A DNA stretch of 63,642 nt, the filler included, from Octopus bimaculoides (Eukaryota): NCBI RefSeq assembly GCF_001194135.2. It is 9 parts of 8 records of this genome, joined end to end, with 100 filler letters (N's around TTAATTAATTAA, not from the genome) between each part and the next. Parts side by side here need not be neighbours in the genome. Positions count along the whole stretch, not along the records: positions 1 to 22,697 come from NC_069003.1; 8 more parts are not named here. One strand, written 5' to 3'. Below, piece by piece: positions 1-13,028 of this stretch (positions are counted from its first letter, which is position 1; each line of letters starts with the position of its first letter). The notes under the pieces were generated by a model. The model saw only the letters and a program-made list of their open reading frames with translations. It ran no database searches and was not told the DNA's origin. The translations under genes and the position numbers were made by a program.

Positions 1-228
1 TATATATATGTAGTGTGTGAGGGAGAGCCTGAGAATTATATGAGTGGGCTTGTGTGTTTGTGTGTGTGAGTTGAGTGTGTGCGTGCGCGTGTGTGTGTGT
101 TTCTGGGTCCTAATTTTATAGTCTTCATCGTTTCCGTATTATCAACAGTAAAATCCTATAAACATAATTGTTACAATGACATTAATTGCAGCTGTAATAA
201 AAACAATAGTAGTAATACTACCACCAGC

Positions 229-272
<44 letters not shown>

Positions 273-273
273 C

Positions 274-317
<44 letters not shown>

Positions 318-404
318 CGATGGTGATGACGATGATGATGACAATGACAATGATGGACTCTCCAATCGAAGACGACGTGCGTGTGTTCAGCTTCTTGTCG
401 GACG

Positions 405-582
405 ATTTGCACAAATGATTTATTTATAACGATCGAATGTAAGTGTTGCAGTACATTAGCTCACTCTTCCTCCATCAAATCGACGTTGTTTGAACAGGTG
501 CACGGTGTATCACGTGTCAGGTGTCGAAGGGATCGTAGAGCAACGTGCGATGTAGGGTTTTTCTCAAGAACCCACCGCACCT
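405..582 (-). mobile_element. SINE family D fragment
   Basis: Reverse complement matches the body of copies at 6805-7037 and 29412-29665. Confidence 0.6.
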
Positions 583-589
583 GGTCAAT

Positions 590-725
590 AATTGTTTAAT
601 CTGTGCTGTTGAGCAGAATATTTGCTGTGGCCCAACTTTTACACCCAACACGAAATATGTACATGTTACATCCAATTATTGAAAAGCAGAAGCCAAGTCA
701 GTCACTGCCAGGTATTGCATCAGGA
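590..725. mobile_element. Fragment of unclassified family E element
   Basis: Contains GAGCAGAATATTTGCTGT and CACTGCC(A/T)GGTATTGCATCA, shared with the right ends of copies at 3037-3543 and 36592-37161. Confidence 0.55.
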
Positions 726-853
726 CATTTATTATAATTATTATTGTTGTTGCTATTGTCGATGATGATGAAGATGAGGATGATGATGATGATGATGTTA
801 TTATTCATATTATCATTTTTTTATCATCGTCATTGTCATCGTTATCGTCATTT

Positions 854-857
854 GTAT

Positions 858-944
<87 letters not shown>

Positions 945-1014
945 TTTAATGTTAAACAAAAACGTTTTACATTTGGAACCAATGTCCTTGATACATGTCA
1001 AATAGTTTCCTCAG

Positions 1015-1091
<77 letters not shown>

Positions 1092-1112
1092 CATCATCAT
1101 CATCATCATTAT
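854..1112. repeat. (GTA)n, (TAT)n and (CAT)n microsatellites
   Basis: Tandem triplets seen directly; the (TAT/CAT)n tract abuts the 3' end of the R4/Dong element. Confidence 0.95.
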
Positions 1113-1114
1113 CA

Positions 1115-2640
1115 TGTCATAAAAACAGTTTATTTTGCTGGGTATGATGGAAAGTGTCAGCTGTCCACAGCCAGCAGACTAAGGTGGCATTTGTTTACTG
1201 GTCATGCTTCAAGAACCCTGCCAAGAATTCTTGCAGTTCCAAGCAATGCTGAGTTTTGTAGGTGTTCTACCTCCACACTTGCGCCAATCGTTTTCAGCCA
1301 TGTTGGTAGGTGAGTGCTGATACTTCCAACTGCACCAATTACGATTGGTATCGCGTCTAATCTCTTCATTGATCACAACCTTTGTATTTCCCACTTTAAA
1401 TCGTCGTAGTTATTTATTTTTTCTTCATTTACATTGATCTTGTTATCACCAGGGCATGCTATGACGATAATCATACATTTTCTTTCTTTTTTATTCACCT
1501 ATGTCTGGTCAGGTGATTGCACTTGATCATTACATCCCACAGGATTTTGCAGTTCTCATTTTTTGGTGACTCCTTCTGGGGTTTGTTCATACCACGTCTT
1601 TGCCCTTTGCAGGCCGTGATTTCCACAGAGCTCTTGTCATATTGTCATGGCGTCGTTTGTATTCGCGTTGTACCAATTTCGGGCATTTGCTAACGATGTA
1701 CCATACTGTTTCACCCCTGCCACCACACATTCTGCATTTGTCGCTATCGGTAGTGTCATGAATTCTGCATTTCATGTAATTGGTCCTTAACGCTTCTTCC
1801 TGAGCTGCGTATATGAGTGCTTCTGTCTCTATCTTCAAGTCATTCCTCCTCATCCATAGCCACCGGGCCTCTGTATCTGTCTTGGCGTTCACATCACATG
1901 CAAACTGACCGTACATTTTTTTCATCTATGCTTTTCCTTTTTATTTTCTTTTGTTCATTTCTTGTTTAAATTTTTCTTTAATTACAAAATTTTCAATTTT
2001 GATGAAGCTAGCCGTTTTCGTGTGTTTCAACAGTGGCTCCACAGCATATTTTATATACCACCATAGGTTATTTTCTTCTGTTTCGATACAACTGATCAAA
2101 ACTCCTCCACCTTTTCTTCAGCACAAGTACAGCCTATCGGTGTCACTCTTAGGGTGAAGGTTCCGTGTACTGTCAACATTTTTCTGGTCTTTGTATCGAT
2201 TTTCTTCATTTCTATCATTTGCCATTTTATAATTGTCGCTCCATACCGAAGTGATGCTATCACCCACGTATTAACTGCTCGGATTTTATTATTTTATTCC
2301 ATCCAGTCAATTTTGAGAGCAGTCTTCAGAAATACTCCATCTTCAGTTGCTCTTTCATTTCCTTCTCTATTATCTCGTTGAATTCCAGTACACCAAGGTA
2401 TTTGCATGCTTCCGTTGCAATTTATTTAATCAAGTCCCTATTTGGTAATTTTATCCATGCAAGGGACAGTACTTTGCCTCTTTTTAGGTAGATTATTCCA
2501 CACTTCTTGAGTCTGAATTCCATTCTAATATCAGTACTAAAACAGTAGACTGTGTTCACCAAGGAACTCAGTTGTGTTTCATCTTTGCCATACGTTTTCA
2601 AATTATACATAAAGAGGAGGCGGTTGATTGTTTGGGAATC
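1115..2640 (-). mobile_element. 5'-truncated R4/Dong-like RLE non-LTR retrotransposon (lineage A), decayed
   Basis: RT C-terminus (INRLLFMYNLKTYGKDETQL..MEFRLKKC), CCHC finger (KCRMCGGRGETVWYIVSKCP..YKRRHD) and RLE end (KSALLGTARILGRVLEA*), then a 3' UTR ending in (TGA/TAA)n. Stops and frameshifts present. Confidence 0.85.
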
Positions 2641-2935
2641 TTCTGTGCTTTCACAGCACTACCGAGCGCAACTCTGTGTGCCTTGGGTATGTGCTGTAGT
2701 TAGTTGTAGTGCTCTTATTTTCACTGTATTGAAAGTGTTTTACGTAAGATGTGTGCGGTGCCTAGTATTGCTATTTGCTGTGTTATATTATACTTGTAAG
2801 TCCTGGTTTTTGTTATGTATTTGTCTGAATGTTTTTTTTTTATCATACCTAATGCGCCTACTGTGATCAGAATTGTTTTCTGTTTTTAGGCTCCACATTC
2901 TTTCTATTTTAGGTTCCACATTCTTCTTCTCCTTT
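2640..2935 (-). mobile_element. R4/Dong-like 3' fragment (lineage B)
   Basis: IERMWSLKTE..GTAHILRKTLSIQ-type C-terminus; 3' UTR matches 9382-9473. Confidence 0.75.
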
Positions 2936-3002
2936 TTGTTCTTTTTCTTCTTCTTCTTCTTCTTCTTCTTCTTCTTCTTCTTCTTCTTCTTCNNNNNNNN
3001 NN

Positions 3003-3036
<34 letters not shown>

Positions 3037-3543
3037 GAGTGAGAGAGCAGTGCATGCCATCAAAGTGACTCTGGGATACAAACATGCAAAGCCCAATATA
3101 CCCATCACTACTCGTCTGATAAGGGTACACCAGGCACATGCATCACAACCATATGTGCGCGACATGGTGATCTCATATTAAGATAAACAGCGCATAACCT
3201 TGCATCCCGCTCAAAAGATCCCTGAATAAGCTTTGTTTAAGGATGTTGAACAAAACACCCATGTTTCCAAAGGTGAATTATTTAAACCCCAAAGAATTCC
3301 TCTCAACACATGGCTATGATGCTCCCCCACTACTTCTGCTCATGATCAGAGATGCACATATCGTCAGCCAAAAAGGAATATGCTCAACTAGTTATGGGCA
3401 AACAACTGACATGCAAAAATGTGGGATTGAGAAGAATATTTGCTGTAGCCCATCTTTTTATACCAAGACAAAACAATGTACATGATAACACTTCAAATCA
3501 ATTAAGATTAGAAGCCATGAGAGCCACTGCCTGGTATTGCATC
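3037..3543. mobile_element. Unclassified ~510 bp non-coding interspersed element (family E)
   Basis: Colinear end-to-end with 36592-37161; both copies are bounded by (TAT)n. Confidence 0.8.
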
Positions 3544-3576
3544 ATTATTATTGTTGTTGTTGTTGTTGTTGCTGCT

Positions 3577-3800
3577 GCCGTTCTTGAGCTAGAAGAATCC
3601 TTAGCACGCTGGACAAAATGCTGAGCAGTGTTTCCCTTTCTCTGAACGTTCTGAGCTCAAACTACACTGAGATGGACATGGCCTTTCATCGTTTTGGGGG
3701 TCGATAAAATAAGAACCATTTGAATACTGCGAGCTATGTAATTGACTTACCAGAAATTGCAGGCTTTGAACCAAAATTTGAAACCATTATTATTATTATT
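3577..3800 (+). mobile_element. tRNA-headed SINE family A, degenerate
   Basis: GAGCTAGAAGAATCCTTAGCAC head and TTTGAAACC(ATT)n end. Confidence 0.65.
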
Positions 3801-3806
3801 ATTATT

Positions 3807-4020
3807 GGCGAGCTGACAGAATCGTTAGCACGTCGGGTAAAATACTTAGCGGCATTTCTTTACGATCTGAGTTCAAACTCCGCCGAGCTAGACTTCGCCT
3901 CTCATCCTTTCGGGGTCGATAAATTAAGTACCAGTGAAACAGTGCGGGTCGATGTAATCGACTATCCTCCTCCCACAAATTTTCAGGCCTTGTGTCTGTA
4001 GTAGAAAGGATTATTATTAT
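3807..4020 (+). mobile_element. tRNA-headed SINE family A
   Basis: GGCGAGCTGACAGAATCGTTAGCAC head, GAGTTCAAA B-box-like motif, CATCCTTTCGGGGTCGATAAATTAAGTACCAG core, (ATT)n tail; many copies in the window. Confidence 0.85.
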
Positions 4021-4383
4021 TATTGTTGCTGCAGTTGTTCTTGCCGTTTTTGTTTTTATAATTAAATAAAATTGATGACGAGCATAATCATAGTAATGAT
4101 AGAGATACGTTTCATCATACTACGACTATTAATAAGTTTTTATCATCATCATCACCATCATCATCATTAGCATCATCAACATCATCAACAGCAACAGAAG
4201 AGCCGGATCGTTTTGTTGCATTTCTTCGGCCGAAGTCAACCTTGGCTTTCAATACCCCTGCGTCGATAAAATACAGTACCAATCAAATACTGTTGTCAAT
4301 GGTATCTATTTCCACTGCCTATCGTCATGTATATATACATATACATATACATACCTATATATAAATAGACACACACATACACG

Positions 4384-4430
<47 letters not shown>

Positions 4431-4432
<2 letters not shown>

Positions 4433-4660
4433 TTCTTTATGCCCACAGGGGGATAAACATAGAGGGGATAAACAAGGACAGACAAAGGGATTAAGTCGAT
4501 TACATCGGCCCCAGTGTTCAACTGGTTCTTATTTAATCGACCCCGAAAGGATGAAAGGCAAAGTCGACCTCGGCGGAATTTGAACTCAGAACGTAACGGC
4601 AAACGAAATAGCGCTAGGCATTTCGCCCAGCGTGCTAACGTTTCTGCCAGCTCGCCGCCA
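4431..4660 (-). mobile_element. SINE family A variant with extended 3' tail
   Basis: Family A head and core; tail ends ...CCCCCTGTGGGCATAAAGAAAT on the minus strand. Confidence 0.85.
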
Positions 4661-4762
4661 TTTATCATATATACCTAAATGTGTATATATATTCATAAGC
4701 ATATACATACATTTTTACTTATATCTTTCTATATGCGTAGATTTATTTATAATCATATAAAT

Positions 4763-4913
4763 AGGTGCAGGAATGGCTGCGTGGTAAGTACCACATGGTT
4801 CCGGGTTCAGTCCCACTGCGTGGCACCTTGAGCAAGTGTCTTCTGCTGTAGCCACGGACCGACCAAAGCCTTGTGAGTGGATTTAGTAGACGGAAACTGA
4901 AAGAAGCTCGTCG

Positions 4914-4956
<43 letters not shown>

Positions 4957-5130
4957 TTGTGTGTGTTTGTCCCCCAACATCACTTGACAACCGATGTTGG
5001 TGTGTTTACATCCCCGTAACTTAGCAGATCAACAAAAAGCCCGATAGAATAAGTACTAGGCTTACAAAGGTAGTGCTCCGAATGGCCGCAATCAAATGAC
5101 TGCAACAAATAAAAGAATAAAAGAATCAAA
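4763..5130 (+). mobile_element. tRNA-headed SINE family B
   Basis: GGCTGCGTGGTAAG..GGGTTCAGTCCC head, CORE-like CACCTTGAGCAAGT, internal (GT)n, AAAAGAAT-repeat tail; colinear with 30866-31257. Confidence 0.85.
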
Positions 5131-5171
5131 GAATAAACACACATACAAGAACACATATATACATACATACC

Positions 5172-5254
<83 letters not shown>

Positions 5255-6804
5255 TCAACTCAAGGATATCATATCCTCATTAGGGATTAATAAATCCAAA
5301 ATTTCACTGGTTTAATCTCTAACAAATTAGAAAAAAGTTTCCACGATGTGTTATAGAATTTAACTAAAACAAAAGATCCCTGAAGAGTTCCTGCCCCATA
5401 CAGCTTAAATTCTTAACATCGGATTTAACTCAAATGCTTTGAATTATGCCTTACCAAGGAGCCAGAATCGAAACATATGTAGGTTTTTGAGTTTCTATTG
5501 TGTTTTTTAAATTATGATGCAAATAAATTATGATGCAAATAAATTAACTGTTCATCCTCAACTTTCCATTTTCTTACATTATCAATTTTATCTATATATA
5601 CAACTAATAATGTATAACTGTAAACAAAGAAATTTACGTACGTACAAAACCTAATATTACTCTATTACACGATATAGCATACTGTATACAAAGCCAACAC
5701 GAAACTACAAACATTATAGCGAAAAAAGCAGAGAAAATTGAATGTATATATACAAGCAAATAAGAGAGTTACAACTCAACAGCAATATCGTGTGGAATAA
5801 AGCACAGAGACGGTTTTTTTTATTACTTTTTAATGAACGACGGAGGCAGAAACAATATGATTGACAATAAAAGATGGAGTTCTTTGCAGAGACAGGAGAG
5901 GAGAATCAGGAGATAAGTGAATGTTCCAAATAAAAATAAATAAATAAAATAAATAAAATAAGAAAGAAAAATTGTAGATATTGTGTGTAACTTTTAAAGG
6001 AACGGTCTTTCGTCACCAACATTTGTGTAAATGTCACGAAAAGTCAACTTGTTGAATATAAGAAATAAACGTTATTTGACATACGAAAGACAAAAAATAG
6101 AAAGATACTTACACCTACAGATAGAAAAATGCACAGACAAACAAGCACACATACACATTATTGTCGAAATGTATATGTATGTATATATGCATGTGTATGT
6201 GTGTGCATGTGTATGTATTTATATATAAATGCATATATAAACATATGCACACATACACAACTCTATGCATGCATGTGTGTGAGCGGGTGTGTATGTGTGT
6301 CAAGTCTGTAGTTAGAATGTTCTAGAAAACTAGTTGAGGAGGAGGATGAGAAGGAGTGGACAGTATAGTGGTGGGAGGTAGAATCATGTACACGTGATTG
6401 GCAGTGAAGTTAACACAACTGGGGAAGAGGTGAAGAAGACAATACTATGGTTGGAGGAGGAATAGTATGGTAGTGGGAGGCGTATGTGTTGAAGTAGCTG
6501 CGTGTAGTGAGGAGAAGACGAAGAGAAGCGGAAGAAAGAAGAGGAGGAGAGAAGGGTAAGAAATGGAGGGGAGTGATAAAGAAGAAGAAGAAGAAGAAGA
6601 AGAAGAAGAAGAAGAAGAAGAAGAAGAAGAAGAAGAAAAGGCGTTGAGATTTGTGAGGAGTGATGTCAAGAATTCTCGCTGAGTCCGTTTTGCATCCAAT
6701 ACATTGACAGTTCTTTTGTAAGAATAACAATTCCATCGTTTCTGAATAAATTGATGTTTAATTTTAGCACAAGGCCAGCAATTTTAAGGGACGGGGAAGT
6801 TGAT

Positions 6805-7037
6805 TACAGATGATTTGTTTATAGTGATCAAGTGCTCGTGTAGACATAAGCTCAATCACTCCACTGGATGCGCATTACAGGTACAGGTAAAAAGGGTGTC
6901 ACATGTCAGATGCCGAAATGATCGCAGAACAACGTCAAATGAGGTGCTCAAGCATACAACGCAACGCCCGGTATAGGAATCGAACCCACAATCTCGCAAT
7001 CGTGAGTGCAACACCTTAAGCACTAAGCCATGTGCCT
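6805..7037 (-). mobile_element. tRNA-headed SINE family D
   Basis: TGGCTTAGTG..GGTTCGATTCC head on the minus strand; body shared with 29412-29665. Confidence 0.7.
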
Positions 7038-7220
7038 TGACATATGTATATGCATGTATATATATATGAACGTATGTATTTATGTGTGTATTAAGCGAGA
7101 ACACTGCCAATGCTCAAGTAGTAATTCATTTATCTACCCCGAAAACACCAAATACAAAGTCACCCTCAGCGGTTTATTATTATTATTATTATTGTTGTTG
7201 TTGTTGTTGTTATTATTATT

Positions 7221-9288
7221 TCATATACGATCAACAGGTTACATACACTGTTGGAAAAGAAAAATCCTAACATCAAGCTACATGAAGTAACCTTAGAGGC
7301 CAAGAACTCTCCAAAGTATTCTAGCTATCCCTAATAACACTATTTTCCGGATCTTTACTAAACTGGGTTTTATGTTTATTTCTTTTATCCAACTGTTCGG
7401 ATCTTTAGGGATAGTTCCTAATGCACCTATAACTACTGGGATACATTTTACCCGCACTTTCCATAGTCTCTAATACAATTGCTACGTCCTCGTACTTTGC
7501 TATTTTTCTATACCTCTCATATTGATATTTTTCATCATTTGGGACTGTAAAGTCAATTATCTGGCACTTTCTGTTCTCTTTATGTACTACTACCGAATCA
7601 GGCCTTCTAGCTTCTATTACTCTATCAGTCTGAAAATTGAAGTCCCTCAACATCTTACATTTCTTGATTTCTAGCACTTTACTAGAATCATTTTCATGCC
7701 ATTTATCATTATGTTCAAGTCCCAGCTTTCCACATAGCTCCCAGTGGATTGCTCTCCGTAGAATGTCATATCTTTTCTTGTATTCTTTCTGTGCTTGCAT
7801 GCTACATTCACTTACTACATGAGTAATCCTTTCCTCTGTTGATTTGCATAATCTACCTTGAGAATCTACTTGGTTTTTGTCTATCTTGGCTTTTATACAA
7901 TTAGTCCTTAATGCTTGATCTTGTGCAGCTACAAACAAACTTTCTGTCCCCCCATCCTTCAGCTTTCTTTTCTGTAACCATAATCCTGTCTCACTACTAC
8001 TATTTGCTGCAACAGTCTTTGAGAATCTAACATGCAACGCCTTCTCTTGCCAGTCAGATAATAACTGTGCTTTTAAGTTTGTTTGTCGTTTTGGTTTCCC
8101 TATGTCTTGCTGTGGCTCTAGCAACTTTTAATAAACTTTCTTCACCATTACCTACATAGGAGTATATATCTACTCTAGCCAACTCCACGTAATCTTCTAA
8201 AGATATTAACCCTCTTCCGCCTTCCTTTCTAGGTAAGTATAATCTTGCTGCTCTTGTCTTTGGGTGGAGTCCTCCATTCATTTTGAATTCCTTCCTATTT
8301 CATCTGTCTAGCTTTGCAAATTCAGTTTTTGTCCAATCTACAAAAGCTGCTGAGTATCTAAGTAATGATACTGCCCCGGAATTTACTGCCTTCACTAGAT
8401 TCGGCCATTTAGCTTCGACGTCATTAGCTTCCTCACCCTGCTGATGTACTTCTCAATTTTCGTTTTCATTTCTGTAGTTAGTACCCTGTCAGATTCTAAT
8501 ACTCCTAGATACTTATAACTCTCTCCCCTTTTGAATGATTTTAATGTCTGGCCATCTGGTAATTAGATGCCTTCGCTGTAGACTACTCCTCCCCCTCTCA
8601 TGACAAATATTGCCCACTTATGTCTGTCAAATTCCATGCCTATATCTTTGCTGAAGAGTCGTAGAGTCTGTATTAAGGAATCATCTCTTTTTCATTCTTA
8701 CTAAAAGCTTCAGATATATCCATGTAGAGTAAATGGTTAATTTTTCCCTTACTATTTCTGAACTGATACCCTGCCTTTGCCTTCCTTAATACTAAACTGA
8801 GGGGGATCAAACATAAGACAAATATTAAACGGGGACAACGAGTCCCCCTGGAAAATTCCTCTTTTGATATTAACTTTCCTAACAGTGTGCCACCTGAATA
8901 GCGATCGACTTTCAATTCTTCATGCTAAAGCTAATTAATTCTCTTATGTTGCCTGCAATACGGAATATACTCAAACATTCAGTTATCTATGTGTGTGGAA
9001 TCATGTCATAGGCTTTCCTATAATCTATCCATGCTATTGTTAGGTTTTTCTTTTTACATTTTACTTCATTTACAACTGCTTTGTATAATAGATTATGCGT
9101 TCCTCTAGCCTTCTTCCTGTAACCTTTCTTTTCTTCTGACAGTAAATTCTGGTTGTCAAGGTGCTTGTAAATGCTTTCTGAAAGCATTCCTGTTAACAGC
9201 TTCCACACTAATGATAAGCAAGTGATTGGTCTATAGTTGCTAGCTGTATTACCCTTGCTCTTACCTTTCATGATGAGTATTGTTCGTA
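7221..9288 (-). mobile_element. 5'-truncated R4/Dong-like RLE LINE (lineage D), decayed
   Basis: RT motifs (SNYRPITCLS, WIDYRKAYDMIPH, INHLLYMD), GGRGL motif, CCHC finger (CRLC..ERITHVVSEC..YKKRYD), RLE (RRPDSVV..CQIIDFTVPND..KIAKY); (TAA)n-type tracts on both sides. Confidence 0.9.
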
Positions 9289-9305
9289 TTCGCTGCGGTA
9301 TTTAC

Positions 9306-9368
<63 letters not shown>

Positions 9369-9381
9369 CATTATTATTATT

Positions 9382-9472
9382 CAGTAGTTTTATTTTTATA
9401 ACGTGCTTTCACTTCACTACCGAGCGCAGCTCTGTGCGCCTTGGGTATGTGCTGTGGTTTGCTGTGGTGCTC

Positions 9473-9473
<1 letters not shown>
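9382..9473 (-). mobile_element. 92-bp terminal 3' UTR copy of R4/Dong lineage B inside (TAA)n
   Basis: Matches 2641-2715 and is flanked on both sides by (ATT)n on the plus strand. Confidence 0.8.
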
Positions 9474-9503
<30 letters not shown>

Positions 9504-9524
9504 CATCATTATTATTATTATCAT

Positions 9525-12500
9525 TTGCTGCGGAATACGTAAGACGTTCTTTCGAACATTGTGCGTTAAGTTATGCTTTAAACACCCCATCTTGTGTAAA
9601 ATAAACAAACGCACAATATGGCGTCGTCATCATCACCATTACCATCGACATCAGCAACCATCATGACAGCCCTCCCACAGAAGAAGATACCCCCTCATTC
9701 CCAGCGACAACAACAACAACAGTAGCCTAAGCAATGTGAGACATCGTGAAGCATGTGAAATCAGCAACAGCAAGAATGCGAAGACGGAAAAGTGAGAGAC
9801 AGAAGATAGTAGAAATAACTGCAACACGACGACGACATCTATTGACATCTATGAAACGGAAATCACCAAACCAACGACAAACACTGATTTCATGAATTTT
9901 GAAACATTTTCTGACGTAGCCAACTTTAAGAAAGAAATGTTTCGGTTGGCCCTTGATGAAAAAGCAAAAGAATTGTCCCAAGCCAAACAAAATCATAAAA
10001 ATTGAGGTGGGTAAGACAGCGGTTCTTGTATCTCCTGAATAGTTGGAAATGAATGGAAAACAAACAAGAGCAGGAGAGTAGAAATAGCATTTATATGTCA
10101 AGTGGATGAAATTTCGAAGAACATCTTACAAAGAGGTAGAGAGTATGGCAGCATCGAGGTCCTTTTCAAAAATGAGGAGCTCTCACGTAAACATGCTGTA
10201 ACGCTCCGATGGCGTGAGAAGTGGGTCCTGTGCCCAATCTATCTCGCAAAAAGAATTGCTACAATGAAAAATATCAGGTGTTACGCCAGATGTGAACGTA
10301 ACGCGCGTAGTAGAAGTGAAACGGAAGAGGAGGAAAAACTGGTCCGGGACAACCATTGAAATCTTGCTACTTGTGAAGCCGGAAAACATGGAACAAGTCC
10401 CAGACCTTATACAGCTGCCCAACGGAGTCGACTTGAGTGTTATAGTAAAAGGCAGAAAACCTAAGTGCGACATTTGTAGGGCTACAAGCCACCTCAGGGC
10501 TTTCTTCCCCCAAAAGACAGGAGTCACAAGGCCACTCCTATCTCCCACACAAAACCCTCAACAACAGCAACAACTGAGACATTATGCAACACATGCAGCC
10601 TCATTTTCAGGTTAAATCAACAGCGAAACCAGGATTTCCGACACACGTGATCTGGCCCCAATCTTCGACGATTTTGCAATCTACGCATCTCTTAATCGGC
10701 CTGGAATGGGGGTGGGATTGCAGTGCTGTTTAGGAAAGGCCTAGATCTCGAGGTACGGACAATATTCCTGGAGCCGAAAGGTAAGGTGGTAGTCTTTTGA
10801 TATGAGTAGAAGCGAAGGTGGTGCCTTTAGACTAGCTGTTGAGTACGCCCCAACCGGGGCGTGGCAACCAGATTTCTTCTGACGTTTGGAGATTTTCCTT
10901 GGGACATCTCGCTCTTTAGTTTTAGTGGGTGATTGGAACGCCATTTGGATGCACACGTGGATAGGATGGGGGTTAGCCGATAGGAGGGGGAGTGAAAAAG
11001 TCTCACAAACCTGCTCAATTGTTCCCAATTGGCTTACAGGTACCGACTAAATTTCCCGAAGTGCCAGTGTGGACATGAGCGAACAACACTGGGTCTTCCA
11101 GATCGTATTTAGACAAGATATTCTGTAGATCAGTAGATAGAAGAGGCCTATGTTGTCTATCGGCTACAAGACCACAAATTTGTGATCTGCACGGTCGACT
11201 TGGATAGGATCGATAGGCAGGGCCCTGGGTACTGGAAGCTAAACTCAATTTTCCAGGCGTGTCAAGAATTCAGAAACCGAGTTAGCGAGTTAGTCCTTCG
11301 GAAGATGGCGGACGCAATCGTCAACAGCCGGCTATTAGTGTAGAGGCAGTAGAATTTAGTAAGGGAATAGCCTTAGAGGAATCTAGGATAGAAGGAGAGT
11401 TAGTTAGAAAGCTAGAGGAGGTACTTTGAAGAGGCATCGCGACTGACGTGTTGGCGGCGAGATTGGCTCTTCCTCAATTCTTAAATGCCAAGCATGAAGG
11501 TTGCATTGTCAGAGATAGGACCCGTGCTCTAAGTCATGAAGGGACAAAAGCCGTTTGATGGTTCCGGGTGGAAGAAGTGCAACGCGGCAACAAATCCACA
11601 TTTTGGTCTTTGACGGACCGGACGGGAATATGGTACACGAGTCCAAGCAGATATGTACGGAATTTCAGCAGCACTTCGCCGAAATGTTTGGGGTGCCTGG
11701 TATTTTGAGGATGGAGTTGGATTTCACCTCCTACCTCTAGGGACTGTCACGCCTTTCGGCCATGGATGCGGGGTTCTGCAAAATGCCGATAACAGCCGAA
11801 GACATATGGGACGCGATGTCGAGCTGCACAAGGGAGAGGTCTCTGGGGTTCGATGGTCGGCCCTTCGTGCTTTATCTTCATATGCCAGACTTGTTTAGTG
11901 ATCTCTTGGCTGATATCTACCACAACTGGCAGCAAAACGGGAGAATATTCAGTGCTGTGAGCCGTGGTGTGGTAGTGCTGCTGAGAAAGGACCCGAACAA
12001 CGGGGACCGATTAGATCATGTTTGTCCCATAACTTTGCTAAATGCAGATTATAAGATTTTGACCAAGGTGTCAGCCAAAAGGTTGACGCTTATTGTCGGT
12101 AAGCTATTCGGTAACGCGCAGACATGCGCTATTCCGAACAGATCTATTCGCAACAACCTCCACAACACGCACTACATCATAGAGAGGGTAGCGAAGGAAC
12201 CTAGCATGGGTGGGGCTCTGATCAATTTCGATCAACCAAAGCTTTTGACAGGGTCAACCATCAATACGTGGATGCTGTCCTCACCGCAGCCGGCTTCGGT
12301 CCCGTTTTCAGAGGCTGGATTGCTGCAATGTATAGTGGCGTCTGTTCGATGGTCGAAGTAAACGGCCATCTATCGGAATCGTTTATCATCGGACCGGTCC
12401 TCTCGGTCTTTCAAGGATGCCTGCTCTCTCCCTTTCTGTATGTTTGGTTCTCGAGCCATTACTAAGGAAGTTGCATATTTCGAAGGGCATTCAGTGTGAT

Positions 12501-12775
12501 CTAGGATGTGGAAGGTTCGTATGGACTTATGCGGACGACGTCTCTGTAATAGTGTCGGACATCTCGGAAATTAAAGTGATCGGCTCTACCTTAAACGGGT
12601 ACGAAACAGTGACAGGAGCAAAAATTAATCAGGAAAATTGGTGGGTCTGCAGCTCGATACCTGGAGAGGCAGGTTCAGGCCAACCGACAGCTTTGTAGGG
12701 CGCTGGACGGAAGGACCGGTTAAATTGCTTGGGGTCTGATTTATCTCGGACCTCCAGGTGGACAAGAACTGTACA
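9525..12775 (+). mobile_element. Tx1/L1-clade LINE, 5' end present, 3'-truncated, decayed
   Basis: ORF1 remnant from ATG ~9617 with zinc knuckle (KPKCDICRATSHLRAF); APE motifs (GIAVLFRKG, EYAPT, VGDWNA, TDHKF, GPGYWKLNS); RT motifs (CPITLLNADYKILTKV, QGCLLSP, YADDVSV). Confidence 0.9.
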
Positions 12776-12990
12776 CACCGTGGACTGGACACATACTCCA
12801 ATGGTGCTCCCAGTAAGCATCCTTATATTAACGTAATGTGTAAAAAATACATTTATGACTATTTCTTGAAGTTAGTTATAAATGCATGCGATAATGTGTT
12901 ACGATTTACATTTTATTAGATGAGTCATAGTTGACGTAATAAGTACTCTGTAACTCACAGACTGTATGCCTTGTTACGGACAGAAGTTGA

Positions 12991-13028
<38 letters not shown>

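Noticed and set aside
79-1313. Poly-amino-acid ORFs here, and YI/HT/CV-repeat and X-filled ORFs throughout the window
   Set aside because: These are translations of microsatellites and N gaps.
3807-3890. tRNA-like heads of the SINEs as tRNA genes
   Set aside because: They continue into SINE bodies and do not form complete cloverleafs.
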